From a virus (taxonomy: Duplodnaviria > Caudoviricetes), in IMG/VR virus record IMGVR_UViG_3300023076_000003, positions 1 to 56,875 of that record: DNA of 56,875 nucleotides. The stretch is one strand, 5' to 3'. The position numbers and the translations under genes were made by a program. Position 1 is the first letter of the stretch, and each line of letters begins with the position of its first letter. The notes beneath the pieces are model-generated. The model made no database searches. It saw only the letters and a list, made by a program, of their open reading frames with translations, and was not told the DNA's origin. Shown here one piece after another: positions 10,011 to 19,985 of the stretch.

Positions 10011-10147
10011 ACGCGGACCTACTATGGATTTGGGAAACGCTAAGGCGTCCCGATGGACCCGAAATGCTTAAAGATATGGCTTGGACAACCTTTGAGGATT
10101 TCGTAATAAAAATAGATGCGTGCATGAAAGAAGGACCTCTCCAATAA
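10007..10147 (+). CDS. Small hypothetical protein (46 aa)
   Basis: GAGGAGG RBS, ATGA overlap; MNADLLWIWETLRR... Confidence 0.5.
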   Translation: MNADLLWIWETLRRPDGPEMLKDMAWTTFEDFVIKIDACMKEGPLQ

Positions 10148-10184
10148 GGAACACATATGTTAAGATGGGTCTATTGTATATTTT

Positions 10185-10721
10185 ATGGGCCCTTTTTTAA
10201 TGTCAACTATGTTGAGAAGTCTAGACAAAGAATTGCAAGAAAAAGTAGTTAAGCTAATAGAAGCGTGCAAAGAAGAAAAAATATCTATACGTCTCACAAG
10301 CGGACTACGCACCCTAGATGAACAAAATAAGCTTTGGCGGCAAGCTTTCGCTACAAAGTATATAATGAATGTGGCGAAGAATCTTAGGAAAGATCATTGC
10401 GACTATCTAGCCGACGCTATCGAAAGAATCGGTATTCAACCCTCAGGTAGGCTCGTGACTAAGCTTCACGGAGGATTGAGCTGGCATAACTGGGGAAAAG
10501 CTGCCGACTTTGCAGTACAAGATAAAGATGGACATGTTATTAAAATTGCCTCTCACCCGCTTTTACAAGATTTTGGAAAAATTGTTAAATCTATCGGTTT
10601 AAGATGGGGAGGGGATTTTAGCTTTTCAGACCCCCTCCATGTTCAACTCAATCCAAAGGAAGTAACGCATGTATATAGCATGCATCAAATAAATGAACAT
10701 TTTAAAAATATTAAAGGATAA
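10185..10721 (+). CDS. Endolysin, M15-family L-Ala-D-Glu peptidase
   Basis: SGLRTLDEQ..L, SWHNWGKAADF, GLRWGGDF..DPLHVQ Zn-peptidase motifs; start may be 10200. Confidence 0.9.
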   Translation: MGPFLMSTMLRSLDKELQEKVVKLIEACKEEKISIRLTSGLRTLDEQNKLWRQAFATKYIMNVAKNLRKDHCDYLADAIERIGIQPSGRLVTKLHGGLSWHNWGKAADFAVQDKDGHVIKIASHPLLQDFGKIVKSIGLRWGGDFSFSDPLHVQLNPKEVTHVYSMHQINEHFKNIKG

Positions 10722-10724
10722 AAT

Positions 10725-11210
10725 ATGGCTTTATCTCTCAACAAAGTGACGCTGATGGGGCGCATTGGAAAAGACCCAGAGTTTTTAGAGATCCAAGGAA
10801 AACAAGCGGCTAAGTTTTCCCTAGCGACCTCTAAGCATTTCCAAGATAAGCAAACCCAGGAGTGGAAATCTAATACGGAATGGCATTCTATTTTTGTTAT
10901 GAATGATCACTTAGTGGATTACATCAATCGTTATATTAAAAAGGGTATGCACGTTTATGTTGAGGGGGAGATAAAGTATAAAGAATACACCAACAAAGAA
11001 GGTGTTAAACTTTATTCAACCTCTATCAATGTGGGAGCTTTTAACGGCGTAGTTAAGCTCGTTGTTCATGAAAAAGATGACGGCGAATCAAAGGGACAAA
11101 CGGCTCCCGCTCAACAATATCGCCCAGCGCAACAGACTCAACAAGGTGCCCGCTCTACCTCCAACATAGATTATAATTCACCTATCGTTGATGATGAGAT
11201 ACCCTTTTAA
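10725..11210 (+). CDS. ssb: Single-stranded DNA-binding protein
   Basis: LNKVTLMGRIGKDPE, TEWH, KG..VYVEG, C-terminal DDEIPF. Confidence 0.97.
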   Translation: MALSLNKVTLMGRIGKDPEFLEIQGKQAAKFSLATSKHFQDKQTQEWKSNTEWHSIFVMNDHLVDYINRYIKKGMHVYVEGEIKYKEYTNKEGVKLYSTSINVGAFNGVVKLVVHEKDDGESKGQTAPAQQYRPAQQTQQGARSTSNIDYNSPIVDDEIPF

Positions 11211-11656
11211 TGCTTCAGCCACTTAGTGAAGTTGAGCTGTATCAATTTTATGCCCCCCTTATTTCTTCTACAAAGGGGGGGGCTAAAACAGCGACTTTCA
11301 AGGGGTATGGGCCAGAAGACAAAATACATATGGATTTTGTCCAATTCCTACTTGCGCCAAGTATTAAATCCAAACTGAAGGCCCTATGGTTTCACCCAGC
11401 AAATGAGGTGCAAAACGGCAAGCACCCCCTTTATGGGCAGTATTTAAGGAAGCTTGGAAAGATCAAAGGCGTTGCTGATTTGGTGTTTATGTGGGGTAAC
11501 GGTAGTCGTTTTATTGAGATCAAATCACCGACAGGACGCTTAACGCCCGCTCAAGAGGTTTTCCAAAGGCTATGCCTTAACTTTAGCATCCCCTATACAG
11601 TTATTCGTTCCGTAGATGAAGGCAAGGAAGCCCTTCAAGGGTGGGGCTTACTCTAG
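11210..11656 (+). CDS. VRR-NUC domain nuclease (Holliday junction resolvase-like)
   Basis: FHPANE, G..KGVADL, FIEIKS..GRLTPAQ. Confidence 0.88.
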   Translation: MLQPLSEVELYQFYAPLISSTKGGAKTATFKGYGPEDKIHMDFVQFLLAPSIKSKLKALWFHPANEVQNGKHPLYGQYLRKLGKIKGVADLVFMWGNGSRFIEIKSPTGRLTPAQEVFQRLCLNFSIPYTVIRSVDEGKEALQGWGLL

Positions 11657-14409
11657 TCTTTAAGAGAGCTTCCCGCATTTAAGAAGGAAAGAAGGGATGA
11701 TCTCCCCGCTTCTTTCAAAGGCAACACATTCTTAGACCCTGTATACTTTTTAACTGAGGTACGGCCCATGGCTTCCTTAAAGGCTTCGGGACTGCTTAAC
11801 AGCTTCAGCACTTCAGTTTTTTTCTTTCCCTTGTAGAAGTTAGAAACAACTTTACCTGCGTTCCTTCCAAGCTGAGATGGAATAAGATTAATCAAGGCAG
11901 ACTCCAAAGAGTCTGATAAAAGCCCTACCATTTGCTGGTAGGATTCGGTCGGGCTCCCAATAGCCGCGCCAGCTGACATGATACGATTGCGTGATTTAAG
12001 AACGTTAAAAACTTCATTTATTTTCTTCCAACCCTCCGGACCATATAAGTCTTTCAAAGGGGCGGCTGATCTATCAATGGTCGATCTTAAAGTATTGAAA
12101 GAAAGATTATAATCACCTTTAGTCGTTTGGGCTGCCAAGGAAATCTGATCACTCAAAAATTCTGCAACACCCTTTTTAAGGCCGTTTAGACTTTTCCCAG
12201 TTTTGTCCTCTTCGGCTAATTTAATAACATTTTTCATGAGCTTTGTACTGTTAGGAGAGCCCATAATACCTTTAACAACAATAGGCGCATCCCGTCCTAG
12301 CAAAGCATCAAAAACAGACTTGGATTGTTGAGTGGAGACCTTATGTCCCTTTTCTAGCTCATGCAGGGCTATTTGAGAAGATTCTAAGTTTTTAGCATAT
12401 TGGGATAACTCCGGGTCCACCTTAAAAGCACCTTGATTGCTTTTCCTCCATTGAGCTATTTTTTTTATATCGATCTCACCCGTCGTGGGGTTCACAACAT
12501 CGCTTACAAACTCATGGCGCACGTAGTCTCTCATTTGTTGCGCAGATTTCTTATCTTTTGAAAAAGCTTTCATCAGGGCACTCGCGTTTTCTTCGGAGCT
12601 CTTTCCATAGATAAACTTATCCAAATGAGATGCCCCGCGTGTTTTGTGGGCCGTGTTATAAACATCTGTTTTCAAAATGGGTGCTAACCCAGGGTCCCTT
12701 AATATCTCATTGATAGGCTTAGACATCTCACGGTATGTTTTCTGCGCGGCCGCGAATTCTGGCACAACGTCTAAGGCATCATGCAAGGATTCTTTGACGT
12801 ATTGGAGATTCCTATATCGTCCCCAGTCTTGCATCTTGGCTGCCTTCGTCATAGCAGGGTCAACAATGGATTTCATGACATGATGAATTTGTTGGGCCGA
12901 TGCTTTAGAAGGATGAATGCCCGCTTGCTCCATAATAGTTGCCACCATCTCAGGGTTCGCATTTTCCTTCTTAAGGGACTCCATCAAGCTTTTAATCTCG
13001 GGGTTAATTCCTTTCTCGGTTTGAGACTTAAGAGCCGTATTAATAGCGTGCATGTCTGATTTGCTAGCACCTTGTAAACCTTCTTCGGAAAACTGCTTAA
13101 TGGCATCATAGGTGGGTTGAACATCCACCATGGTGTTGCTCTTGGCTACCAAATCATACAAAGGCTTGGATGCTTTAGACCTGGCTTTCTCATGTTGAGA
13201 AACTGTTTTACCAAGATTCTGTTGCAGACCCTCACCATACGCTTGGTGAGAAACATGCTCGGGTGCTTTTATATCGGCCACATGTTGTGCACGTTGAAGT
13301 TCGCCCTTTGAAAGTGCGTTCTCAAACATAGATTGCTGGGCGTCTTTGGCATTCGACGCGTGATCTAAAGTATGAGCAAAGGATGCCTTTTTGGGAGCTA
13401 AGGAGTTAACAGAATCATGAAGCAACGCCATGTTATCTGCACTTTGATTAATAGCGCCAGGGTTGGTTGCGTAGTGCGCACGCTCCAAAGCAATCAATGT
13501 TGGGTCCTGGCTATACTCAGCCGCGGAGGGCTTATACCCTTTTGGAAAGGCGTGGCTCTTAGGTGTGTCTAATTCCTTTAAAATGTTCTTAGTGGACTCA
13601 TCACCTAGTGCTGATTTAAGCGATTTAGCAGCCGCTGTACTTGGGCTTTGGAAGAACGGGGCTATCTTTGAACCAGCAGCTTTTGATAGAAGAACAGAAG
13701 GCATCGCTAAGTTAGCAGCCAGAGGGTCCCAGTCTGCAAGATGCTGAAGGCCCGCTGAAGAAGCTGCACCAGCGGTTGAATACTTAGCTAATCTAGCTGC
13801 TTGTGAGCCTGTTGCTGGAATCGTTCCAAGACCATAATCAGCAATTTTTTTAGCTACATCCACACCCCGTTGCCCCAAAGCTCCCGTATATTTCGCACCA
13901 CGAGCCGCCGTATTTAAAATACCTGAACCTGTGGCCGCCATCCCACCCACTTCACCTAATAATTCCATACCCGTATCAGCTATTTTACCCGTTTTAGTAA
14001 CGGGTTTATGAACGGATTCACGAATCTCTGAAGCAGAAGGGACATTATAACCTAACGATGAAGCTATCTTGCGTGGAATATATGAAAGGGTGTCCATAAG
14101 CCCCGCATTAAATGCACTCGGTGACTGCATAGCCTCTTTTACATGAGCCTGCCATGGGTGATTTTCTTCTTCCTGGGCCGCTTCAGGACTTGGGGCGTGC
14201 TTGATCTCTTCTTCTTGGGCGTTTAACTCACCCATGCGGTTTTGTATCTCTTGATACCTTTTGAGGGCTTCCTCTCTAGAAACTGGCGCAGATGCTTTTA
14301 CATCTTGAGGCTCTGATCGCTTCATCGTTCTTTCTTGAGCGTCTAAATCATATATCCTTTTTTGGATCTCATTGTATTTCTTTTGAGCTTCTTCTCGTGT
14401 CATCTTCAT
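11653..14409 (-). CDS. Large internal virion/DNA ejection protein
   Basis: 918 aa, Ala/Lys-rich helical, last gene of the virion operon; duplicated N-terminal helix (REEA.K.Y.EIQ). Confidence 0.6.
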   Translation of the reverse strand: MKMTREEAQKKYNEIQKRIYDLDAQERTMKRSEPQDVKASAPVSREEALKRYQEIQNRMGELNAQEEEIKHAPSPEAAQEEENHPWQAHVKEAMQSPSAFNAGLMDTLSYIPRKIASSLGYNVPSASEIRESVHKPVTKTGKIADTGMELLGEVGGMAATGSGILNTAARGAKYTGALGQRGVDVAKKIADYGLGTIPATGSQAARLAKYSTAGAASSAGLQHLADWDPLAANLAMPSVLLSKAAGSKIAPFFQSPSTAAAKSLKSALGDESTKNILKELDTPKSHAFPKGYKPSAAEYSQDPTLIALERAHYATNPGAINQSADNMALLHDSVNSLAPKKASFAHTLDHASNAKDAQQSMFENALSKGELQRAQHVADIKAPEHVSHQAYGEGLQQNLGKTVSQHEKARSKASKPLYDLVAKSNTMVDVQPTYDAIKQFSEEGLQGASKSDMHAINTALKSQTEKGINPEIKSLMESLKKENANPEMVATIMEQAGIHPSKASAQQIHHVMKSIVDPAMTKAAKMQDWGRYRNLQYVKESLHDALDVVPEFAAAQKTYREMSKPINEILRDPGLAPILKTDVYNTAHKTRGASHLDKFIYGKSSEENASALMKAFSKDKKSAQQMRDYVRHEFVSDVVNPTTGEIDIKKIAQWRKSNQGAFKVDPELSQYAKNLESSQIALHELEKGHKVSTQQSKSVFDALLGRDAPIVVKGIMGSPNSTKLMKNVIKLAEEDKTGKSLNGLKKGVAEFLSDQISLAAQTTKGDYNLSFNTLRSTIDRSAAPLKDLYGPEGWKKINEVFNVLKSRNRIMSAGAAIGSPTESYQQMVGLLSDSLESALINLIPSQLGRNAGKVVSNFYKGKKKTEVLKLLSSPEAFKEAMGRTSVKKYTGSKNVLPLKEAGRSSLLSFLNAGSSLKD

Positions 14410-14435
14410 GCGGAAAACCTTTAATCAGAGATACT

Positions 14436-16826
14436 TTAAAATCCGTATTGTTCTTTAAGTGCAGCGGCCTCACTAGCTAGCTTGTCTTTTTCGCTCATGA
14501 TCGAATCTAATGAAAGAGCCATAGAGGGCGCCTCATTTGTTCTAGAAATGCTTATATCATCACCCAAAGTGCCAGCTGATACTTTTTGTTTTTTTCCTAT
14601 AAAATGTTTGGCAAGCCTTATCTTTAGTTTAAGATCTTCACGAGTTAAGCCAGTATTAGAAATATTCATAAGTTTTTTAGCATTTTCTCGGGTTTCTTTA
14701 TCTAAACTTTTGTCGGTATCAAGCAACATCTGAATATCGTTGTTAATCTTATCATCCAATTGCTTGAGCTTTTTTAAGTCACCCTTTTCTGCATATCCTG
14801 TCCCACTTAAAATTGTAGGAGAGGAAGTCAAAGTGGACAGGATACCACCACCTATTTTTTCATTTTTATTTATCATATCTTCGTATGTATCTAAATTACT
14901 TAATATGTCATTATACTCTTCATGGTTTGCAGCCGCTTTGCTGAGTTTTTCACGATCTCCAACCTTGATGTTAGATTTAGACAACAAAGTTCCTCGCGCC
15001 TTTTCTGTTTCTAACGCAAGCTCTTTAGCCTTATGCGATCTTTCCCAAAGGTCCCTATCTGTATGGCGGTGATACTCCATAAGGGCTTTTTTCTGATCTT
15101 GGCGTGACTGATGAATACGCCCCATGATAGTGGCTGAGGCTAGCTTACCAGCATAAGGCTTATCTTCTTCCGTGCTCATGGCATTGTGAGCATCCGTTAC
15201 TGCATTGGCGTATGCTTCATCCCCGGGTTTTGCAAAAGCTTTGGCCATATTGGCCCAATACGCCCTTTGTGGGTTACCTTGGCGAGCCGCTAATTCTTCG
15301 CCTAATTGCCGCTCGCGTATGAGCTCCGCATCTTCCATCCCCATTTCCCCCTCAGAGAAATTGGGCGGTAAGTGCACTTGGCCCCCTTTGGCATAGCCAC
15401 GAATCAACCCACCAACAGAAGCGGCCTGCTGAGGAGGTTGTTGTTGTAAATGAGCCAACATATTAGCACCTGTTACACCCATAGTGGCATAAGGGTTGGG
15501 TCGGATAGGCACGGCAATATTAGGATTTTGGGGTGGTTCAGCTTTAAGCCCCGTATTAACGGCAACCATGGTGTTAATGTTATTAGCGTCTTGGTTGACG
15601 GCCTCTTTCCATTTAGCATGCTGATGATCCAAATCTGTTTGATTATGAGCCGTGCGTACGCCAGCTAATTTTAATTCATTCCCCATAGTTTCAGACTGTA
15701 GGCCTAAATGGTGCCTTTGGTTCTCTTGAAGAGCGCGTGCGGCCTCTAATTGTCGAGTAGCCTGCGTATTGAGAGCACCTTGTTTGTTGGCACTTGCAGC
15801 CATAGCTTGCTCTCTTCCACCTGTAAGCTGCTTGTAAGCTTCGGAAAGCTCCGAACGCTTAAGCTCCCTATCTTCTTGTCGGGCTTTCATGCGCGCGTTT
15901 TCTAAGTATTTTTGACGGTTGTGTTCAATCGCGGCTAAGCGCGACGAGCTATCAAAAGCACGCCCATGACCCACAAAGCGACTGCTGATACCAGGTGCGA
16001 TTTCACTATCAAAAATACGTCTGGCTTCATTTACTGCTTCGTCCACATACCCTTTAGATAAACCTCGTTCGTCTACTATCTTTAGAAGATCTGGAGTAGA
16101 AACACCTTTCATACCCTCAGAAAAAGGTTTTAAATCAGTATCACCCATTTTAGATGATAAATGTTCTTGAAAAATTGCAGAGGAAGGATCATTTTGTTGG
16201 TTATCAAAAGCTTGCCTTGCAAGGCGCGCCGCCTTACTTTCTGAATCTTTAAAGACGTCGCTTAAAGGAGCCTGCAAATCCCCCCTATAAACCTGCGGGG
16301 TACGTGTTAGAGACTTGGCAGAATAATCTCTAATCGCATCTTCATAGGTAGATTTGCCAGTAATAGGTGAATTAAATACAGGAGCAGGCGCTTCAATGCG
16401 CGTATTTTGTCCTTGTGTTCCCCTCCCAGGCATAACACCACGATAAGGAGGCGTAGGATTTTTGTTTAGGAAAGGAAGAATCTGCTTAAAATATTTGCGT
16501 GCGTGGTTAATATCAAAGTTCGGCATAGGTTGACCTGCCTCCCACGGCTCAAAAACGCCATTATGAGGATTGTTCACCTCAAAGCGGCCGCTATGATAGT
16601 CAGCCCGGACCGCCTCTTCCCCTCCACTGCTTTTTAATATCGCCATAAGATCAGGTGCATCCTGTGAAGATGCAGATCTTCTATGAAGCTCGTTAATTTG
16701 AGCTTGTGCTAAGTCAAACTCTCCTTCCTCAAGGTTTCTTTTTATTTCTGCTTCAAAAGCTGTTCCTTTTATATGTTGACTTTTATTAATCTCATCTATT
16801 ATTTTTCTAACTACTTCAGGATTCAT
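14436..16826 (-). CDS. Internal virion/ejection protein
   Basis: 796 aa, Gln/Ala-rich coiled coil, GYAKGG motif, position after the nozzle. Confidence 0.6.
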   Translation of the reverse strand: MNPEVVRKIIDEINKSQHIKGTAFEAEIKRNLEEGEFDLAQAQINELHRRSASSQDAPDLMAILKSSGGEEAVRADYHSGRFEVNNPHNGVFEPWEAGQPMPNFDINHARKYFKQILPFLNKNPTPPYRGVMPGRGTQGQNTRIEAPAPVFNSPITGKSTYEDAIRDYSAKSLTRTPQVYRGDLQAPLSDVFKDSESKAARLARQAFDNQQNDPSSAIFQEHLSSKMGDTDLKPFSEGMKGVSTPDLLKIVDERGLSKGYVDEAVNEARRIFDSEIAPGISSRFVGHGRAFDSSSRLAAIEHNRQKYLENARMKARQEDRELKRSELSEAYKQLTGGREQAMAASANKQGALNTQATRQLEAARALQENQRHHLGLQSETMGNELKLAGVRTAHNQTDLDHQHAKWKEAVNQDANNINTMVAVNTGLKAEPPQNPNIAVPIRPNPYATMGVTGANMLAHLQQQPPQQAASVGGLIRGYAKGGQVHLPPNFSEGEMGMEDAELIRERQLGEELAARQGNPQRAYWANMAKAFAKPGDEAYANAVTDAHNAMSTEEDKPYAGKLASATIMGRIHQSRQDQKKALMEYHRHTDRDLWERSHKAKELALETEKARGTLLSKSNIKVGDREKLSKAAANHEEYNDILSNLDTYEDMINKNEKIGGGILSTLTSSPTILSGTGYAEKGDLKKLKQLDDKINNDIQMLLDTDKSLDKETRENAKKLMNISNTGLTREDLKLKIRLAKHFIGKKQKVSAGTLGDDISISRTNEAPSMALSLDSIMSEKDKLASEAAALKEQYGF

Positions 16827-18409
16827 AGCGCACCTCTTGGCATATAGGAAGATAACGGCTTGATCTTAGGAGGCATTCCACCTCTGTTTCGCGTCTTTTC
16901 CTCCCTTATGTTGCGAACCATAGTTTTTATAATCCGCGCTCCTTTAGAAACGTCCCCTTTGCCAACACTAGCCACCACCTCAGGGGGAAGCCTTCCTTCT
17001 CCATCCGAAGTGGCCACAGAAACTTCAGGTTCCCCAATATTTCGCACGCGGTCATACGCTCTTTTCTTAGGGGGGTTCTTAGTAACAAGGGCGTGCTTGT
17101 TCATCATTTCTTGACCCCATTTAGCCCAGTTTTCTGCTCCCGCTTTGGTAGAACCATCCCCTGCATAAGCCGTTGTTTGTGCATCTATTACATACGTATT
17201 AGCTGGAACAGAGGTTAAAATCTTGTCATCTTGCCCTTTCCCAGGGCCTTGGAAATGAGTATCAAAAGCTGCTCTTACAGCTCCTCCGTGAGCAAAACCC
17301 TTTGGACGGACTTTAAATGCTGGTTCCCTAAATCTACTTCTACTACGATCATCCTCGGAGCGATTATAAAATTCTTCGTTTTCATCAAGGGGACTGTAAT
17401 TCAGCTGTGAAGGGTTATAAGAACTTAAGGCGCCTGATCTTTGCTGGTCCTCGAAATACTCTTTACGTAGGCGCTCTCTATCTGCCAAGGAATCTTTGTA
17501 AGCCTGATCGTTAGCTTTTGTCTTCAATAAATGAAGGCCCGCCATTCCAGCCAAAGGAGCCATAGAAGAGCCACCCCCCCCCGTTAAAGAAGAAAGAATG
17601 CCACTACCTGTTGGTGTCAGAGAGTTCCCCGCATTCAGTTTGCTCATTAACGAAGATGATAGTTTGCCCGTCCCGTCTATGACAGGCGCACCCGCTCCTG
17701 CAGCGCCCGCAGCGCCCGAACCGATACCCATCATGCCGGGGACGCTCGCAAGGCCAAAGTTTTTAAGACCCGATATACCTGAGTCTAGAAACCCTTTTCC
17801 TGTCGCAAGAGATGCGGCCATATTACCAAGCCCAGCCCCCATGGGGCCACCCAACGCAAAACCTGCAAGGGTTCCACCCACACGCAAAACCTCTGGGAAA
17901 ACTTTCTTGGCTTCTCGCGCGATGCTTCCAACAGCTCTAAAAGGTGCCGAAACAACACGTCCTACCGACTTCCAAAAACCAAATTCTATCAATCCTGTTT
18001 CTGGATTTTCAGATAAGCCATGCTTTAGTTTTCCAAAGTATGCAACGACCGTTTGAGGAAGCCATACAACAACATCGTCACCGCCTCGGCCTTTCGCGGC
18101 TAGTTCTGCAAAAGTTGGGTTGCTATCACCAGGAGCAGGCTCCCAAGGCGGAAGCGTGCGGGCTACTTGATTATATTCAGTGCTAAAGGGAGGGTCGACG
18201 TCTCCGTCTTCCATCGTATCGGCCATGAGTCCATTGAATAACTCTTGAACATTAGGATGTTTAATCAATTCTTCCCACCCACGGTATGAACGAAGCTGTG
18301 TTTCTTCGTCTAGCTCCATGCCACCTTGACCCGCATCAAGGCCATGCGCTTCTGCTTTTTGCATGTGCACTAAAATCATATTTTCTTGATCGGTCTGGTG
18401 ATCTTGCAT
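16823..18409 (-). CDS. Internal virion (pilot/ejection) protein with NPETG and GPG.G..D modules
   Basis: GRGGD...NPETGLIEF, glycine-zipper TM-like stretch, FAHGG, GPGKGQDDKI...YVI and SDGE...P motifs. Confidence 0.65.
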   Translation of the reverse strand: MQDHQTDQENMILVHMQKAEAHGLDAGQGGMELDEETQLRSYRGWEELIKHPNVQELFNGLMADTMEDGDVDPPFSTEYNQVARTLPPWEPAPGDSNPTFAELAAKGRGGDDVVVWLPQTVVAYFGKLKHGLSENPETGLIEFGFWKSVGRVVSAPFRAVGSIAREAKKVFPEVLRVGGTLAGFALGGPMGAGLGNMAASLATGKGFLDSGISGLKNFGLASVPGMMGIGSGAAGAAGAGAPVIDGTGKLSSSLMSKLNAGNSLTPTGSGILSSLTGGGGSSMAPLAGMAGLHLLKTKANDQAYKDSLADRERLRKEYFEDQQRSGALSSYNPSQLNYSPLDENEEFYNRSEDDRSRSRFREPAFKVRPKGFAHGGAVRAAFDTHFQGPGKGQDDKILTSVPANTYVIDAQTTAYAGDGSTKAGAENWAKWGQEMMNKHALVTKNPPKKRAYDRVRNIGEPEVSVATSDGEGRLPPEVVASVGKGDVSKGARIIKTMVRNIREEKTRNRGGMPPKIKPLSSYMPRGAL

Positions 18410-18429
18410 GACGCCTCCTTTTAGGTGTA

Positions 18430-18471
18430 GTAATTTCAGTATGAATAATAAATATACATACTGAATTTTAC
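18430..18471. terminator. Intergenic hairpin within the virion operon
   Basis: TTCAGTATG/CATACTGAA inverted repeat with extensions. Confidence 0.4.
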
Positions 18472-18477
18472 ATTATT

Positions 18478-19716
18478 TTAATCTAGGTCGTCATACATTT
18501 GTGGCATACGTTGACCCATCGGCTGTTGTTGGTAGGGCTGCGGATAAGCTTGTGGCATTTGAGGCTGCATCTGCGGCATTTGTTGTTGATAGCCTTGTGG
18601 CATTGGTTGTGGTCCATATTGAGGTGCCGTATAAGAACTTGCGCCATACCTTAAAGCAGCACCTGGGCTTTGACCGCCATTACGATAAGCGTTAAAAGCA
18701 TCCATGCCAGCCCTTTGGAGTCCTTGCATACCGCCAGCACCTTGGAAAGCACTATTAGCAGCACCTCTAAAACCTTGTCCGTTAGCGAGCGCATTGAAAC
18801 CAGCACTTGCACCTTGCCCAAGCGCAGACGTGTTTTGAGCAAAGTGATTGCCCAAGCCACTCATAGCAGCACTTCTTAATTGACTGCCAATACCCATAGA
18901 AGGGTTATACGAAGGGGCTGCCTGTTGAGGTTGAGCTCCTTGAGCCCCTCCTTGACCACCAAACATGGAGTTCGACAGCATACTAGCACCTTGACTGCCA
19001 AGCATTCCTCCCATCGGACCGCCCATCATGGTACCCAAAGCCGTTCCAGCCATCGGAAGAACATTTTGCGCAACAGAGGATAAAGCCCCACCAATAAGCG
19101 GTATACCACCAATAGCCTTACCAAGACCGCCCAAAAGGCCGCTAAGAGAAAAATACTGAGGGTGACCGTCATACGGATTGCGTGTTTTTTGGCCTGCATA
19201 GACGTCTAACAAATGGTGCAAATGCGGTCCGATGTAAGCCAGTTCGGTATCTCCGTTGATACCGTCCGAAGCTTCAGCGCGGCCCATAGGCTGGGCTGGA
19301 CCACCAGCTGCTAAATGCTCACGCGTATGCATGTGCACGTTAGACATAACGTGAGGGTTAACAACGACCTTGTCTAAATCAGCATATGATCTAAGACGGG
19401 GGTGCCCCTCTTTCACAGTCGCACCTTGTATGTGATCCAAATATTTAAGCTCTTCTGGATTGAAGTGAGCTTTTATCAAATGGTCCGTATCGGAGTGATG
19501 TGAGGGTTGTTCGTCCTCTCCGCCGCTGTAATAATCAGAGGCCATCCCGCCATGAGCTAAAAGCTGGGGTGCCGCTTGCTGAGGGCGAGCCTTAACCTGA
19601 GCCAAAGAATTCATCGGCATCGTTGGAGCTGAAGACTGAGGGAGGTTAAGCGGGGTATAAGTAGCAGGGTTCGCTCCTAAAAGAGTTTGATTTTCTTCAA
19701 GAGGGTTGATGTACAT
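18478..19716 (-). CDS. Internal virion (pilot/ejection) protein, Gly/Gln-rich
   Basis: Likely start MYINPL (19716); LAHGG, LAAGG, GINGDTELAYI...NPYDGHPQYF, glycine zipper. Confidence 0.65.
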   Translation of the reverse strand: MYINPLEENQTLLGANPATYTPLNLPQSSAPTMPMNSLAQVKARPQQAAPQLLAHGGMASDYYSGGEDEQPSHHSDTDHLIKAHFNPEELKYLDHIQGATVKEGHPRLRSYADLDKVVVNPHVMSNVHMHTREHLAAGGPAQPMGRAEASDGINGDTELAYIGPHLHHLLDVYAGQKTRNPYDGHPQYFSLSGLLGGLGKAIGGIPLIGGALSSVAQNVLPMAGTALGTMMGGPMGGMLGSQGASMLSNSMFGGQGGAQGAQPQQAAPSYNPSMGIGSQLRSAAMSGLGNHFAQNTSALGQGASAGFNALANGQGFRGAANSAFQGAGGMQGLQRAGMDAFNAYRNGGQSPGAALRYGASSYTAPQYGPQPMPQGYQQQMPQMQPQMPQAYPQPYQQQPMGQRMPQMYDDLD

Positions 19717-19727
19717 AGTAAAACCTT

Positions 19728-19985
19728 TCAATTTTTGGGATTGTAAACAACTTGTATGAATTTTGCGGCCCATTCCCGCCAATCTTCATCTTTTGGATAA
19801 ACTCGAATATCAGGGGTTGGAACGTTCCCTACTAAAGAAGTATTGATACATAAAACGGCAGTAGCCCAATACCTCCAATTCTTTGTAGCGGTAGGCAATG
19901 GAACCATAACCTTTGAAAGGTTAACACCCACATGCGCTGCCCAGCTTGGGAAATCAATATTAATGGGCAGAATAGGAGAAGCCAT
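19728..19985 (-). CDS. Small virion-module protein
   Basis: Trp-rich (W..WA, DWREWA..F) 85-aa protein following the nozzle gene. Confidence 0.6.
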   Translation of the reverse strand: MASPILPINIDFPSWAAHVGVNLSKVMVPLPTATKNWRYWATAVLCINTSLVGNVPTPDIRVYPKDEDWREWAAKFIQVVYNPKN

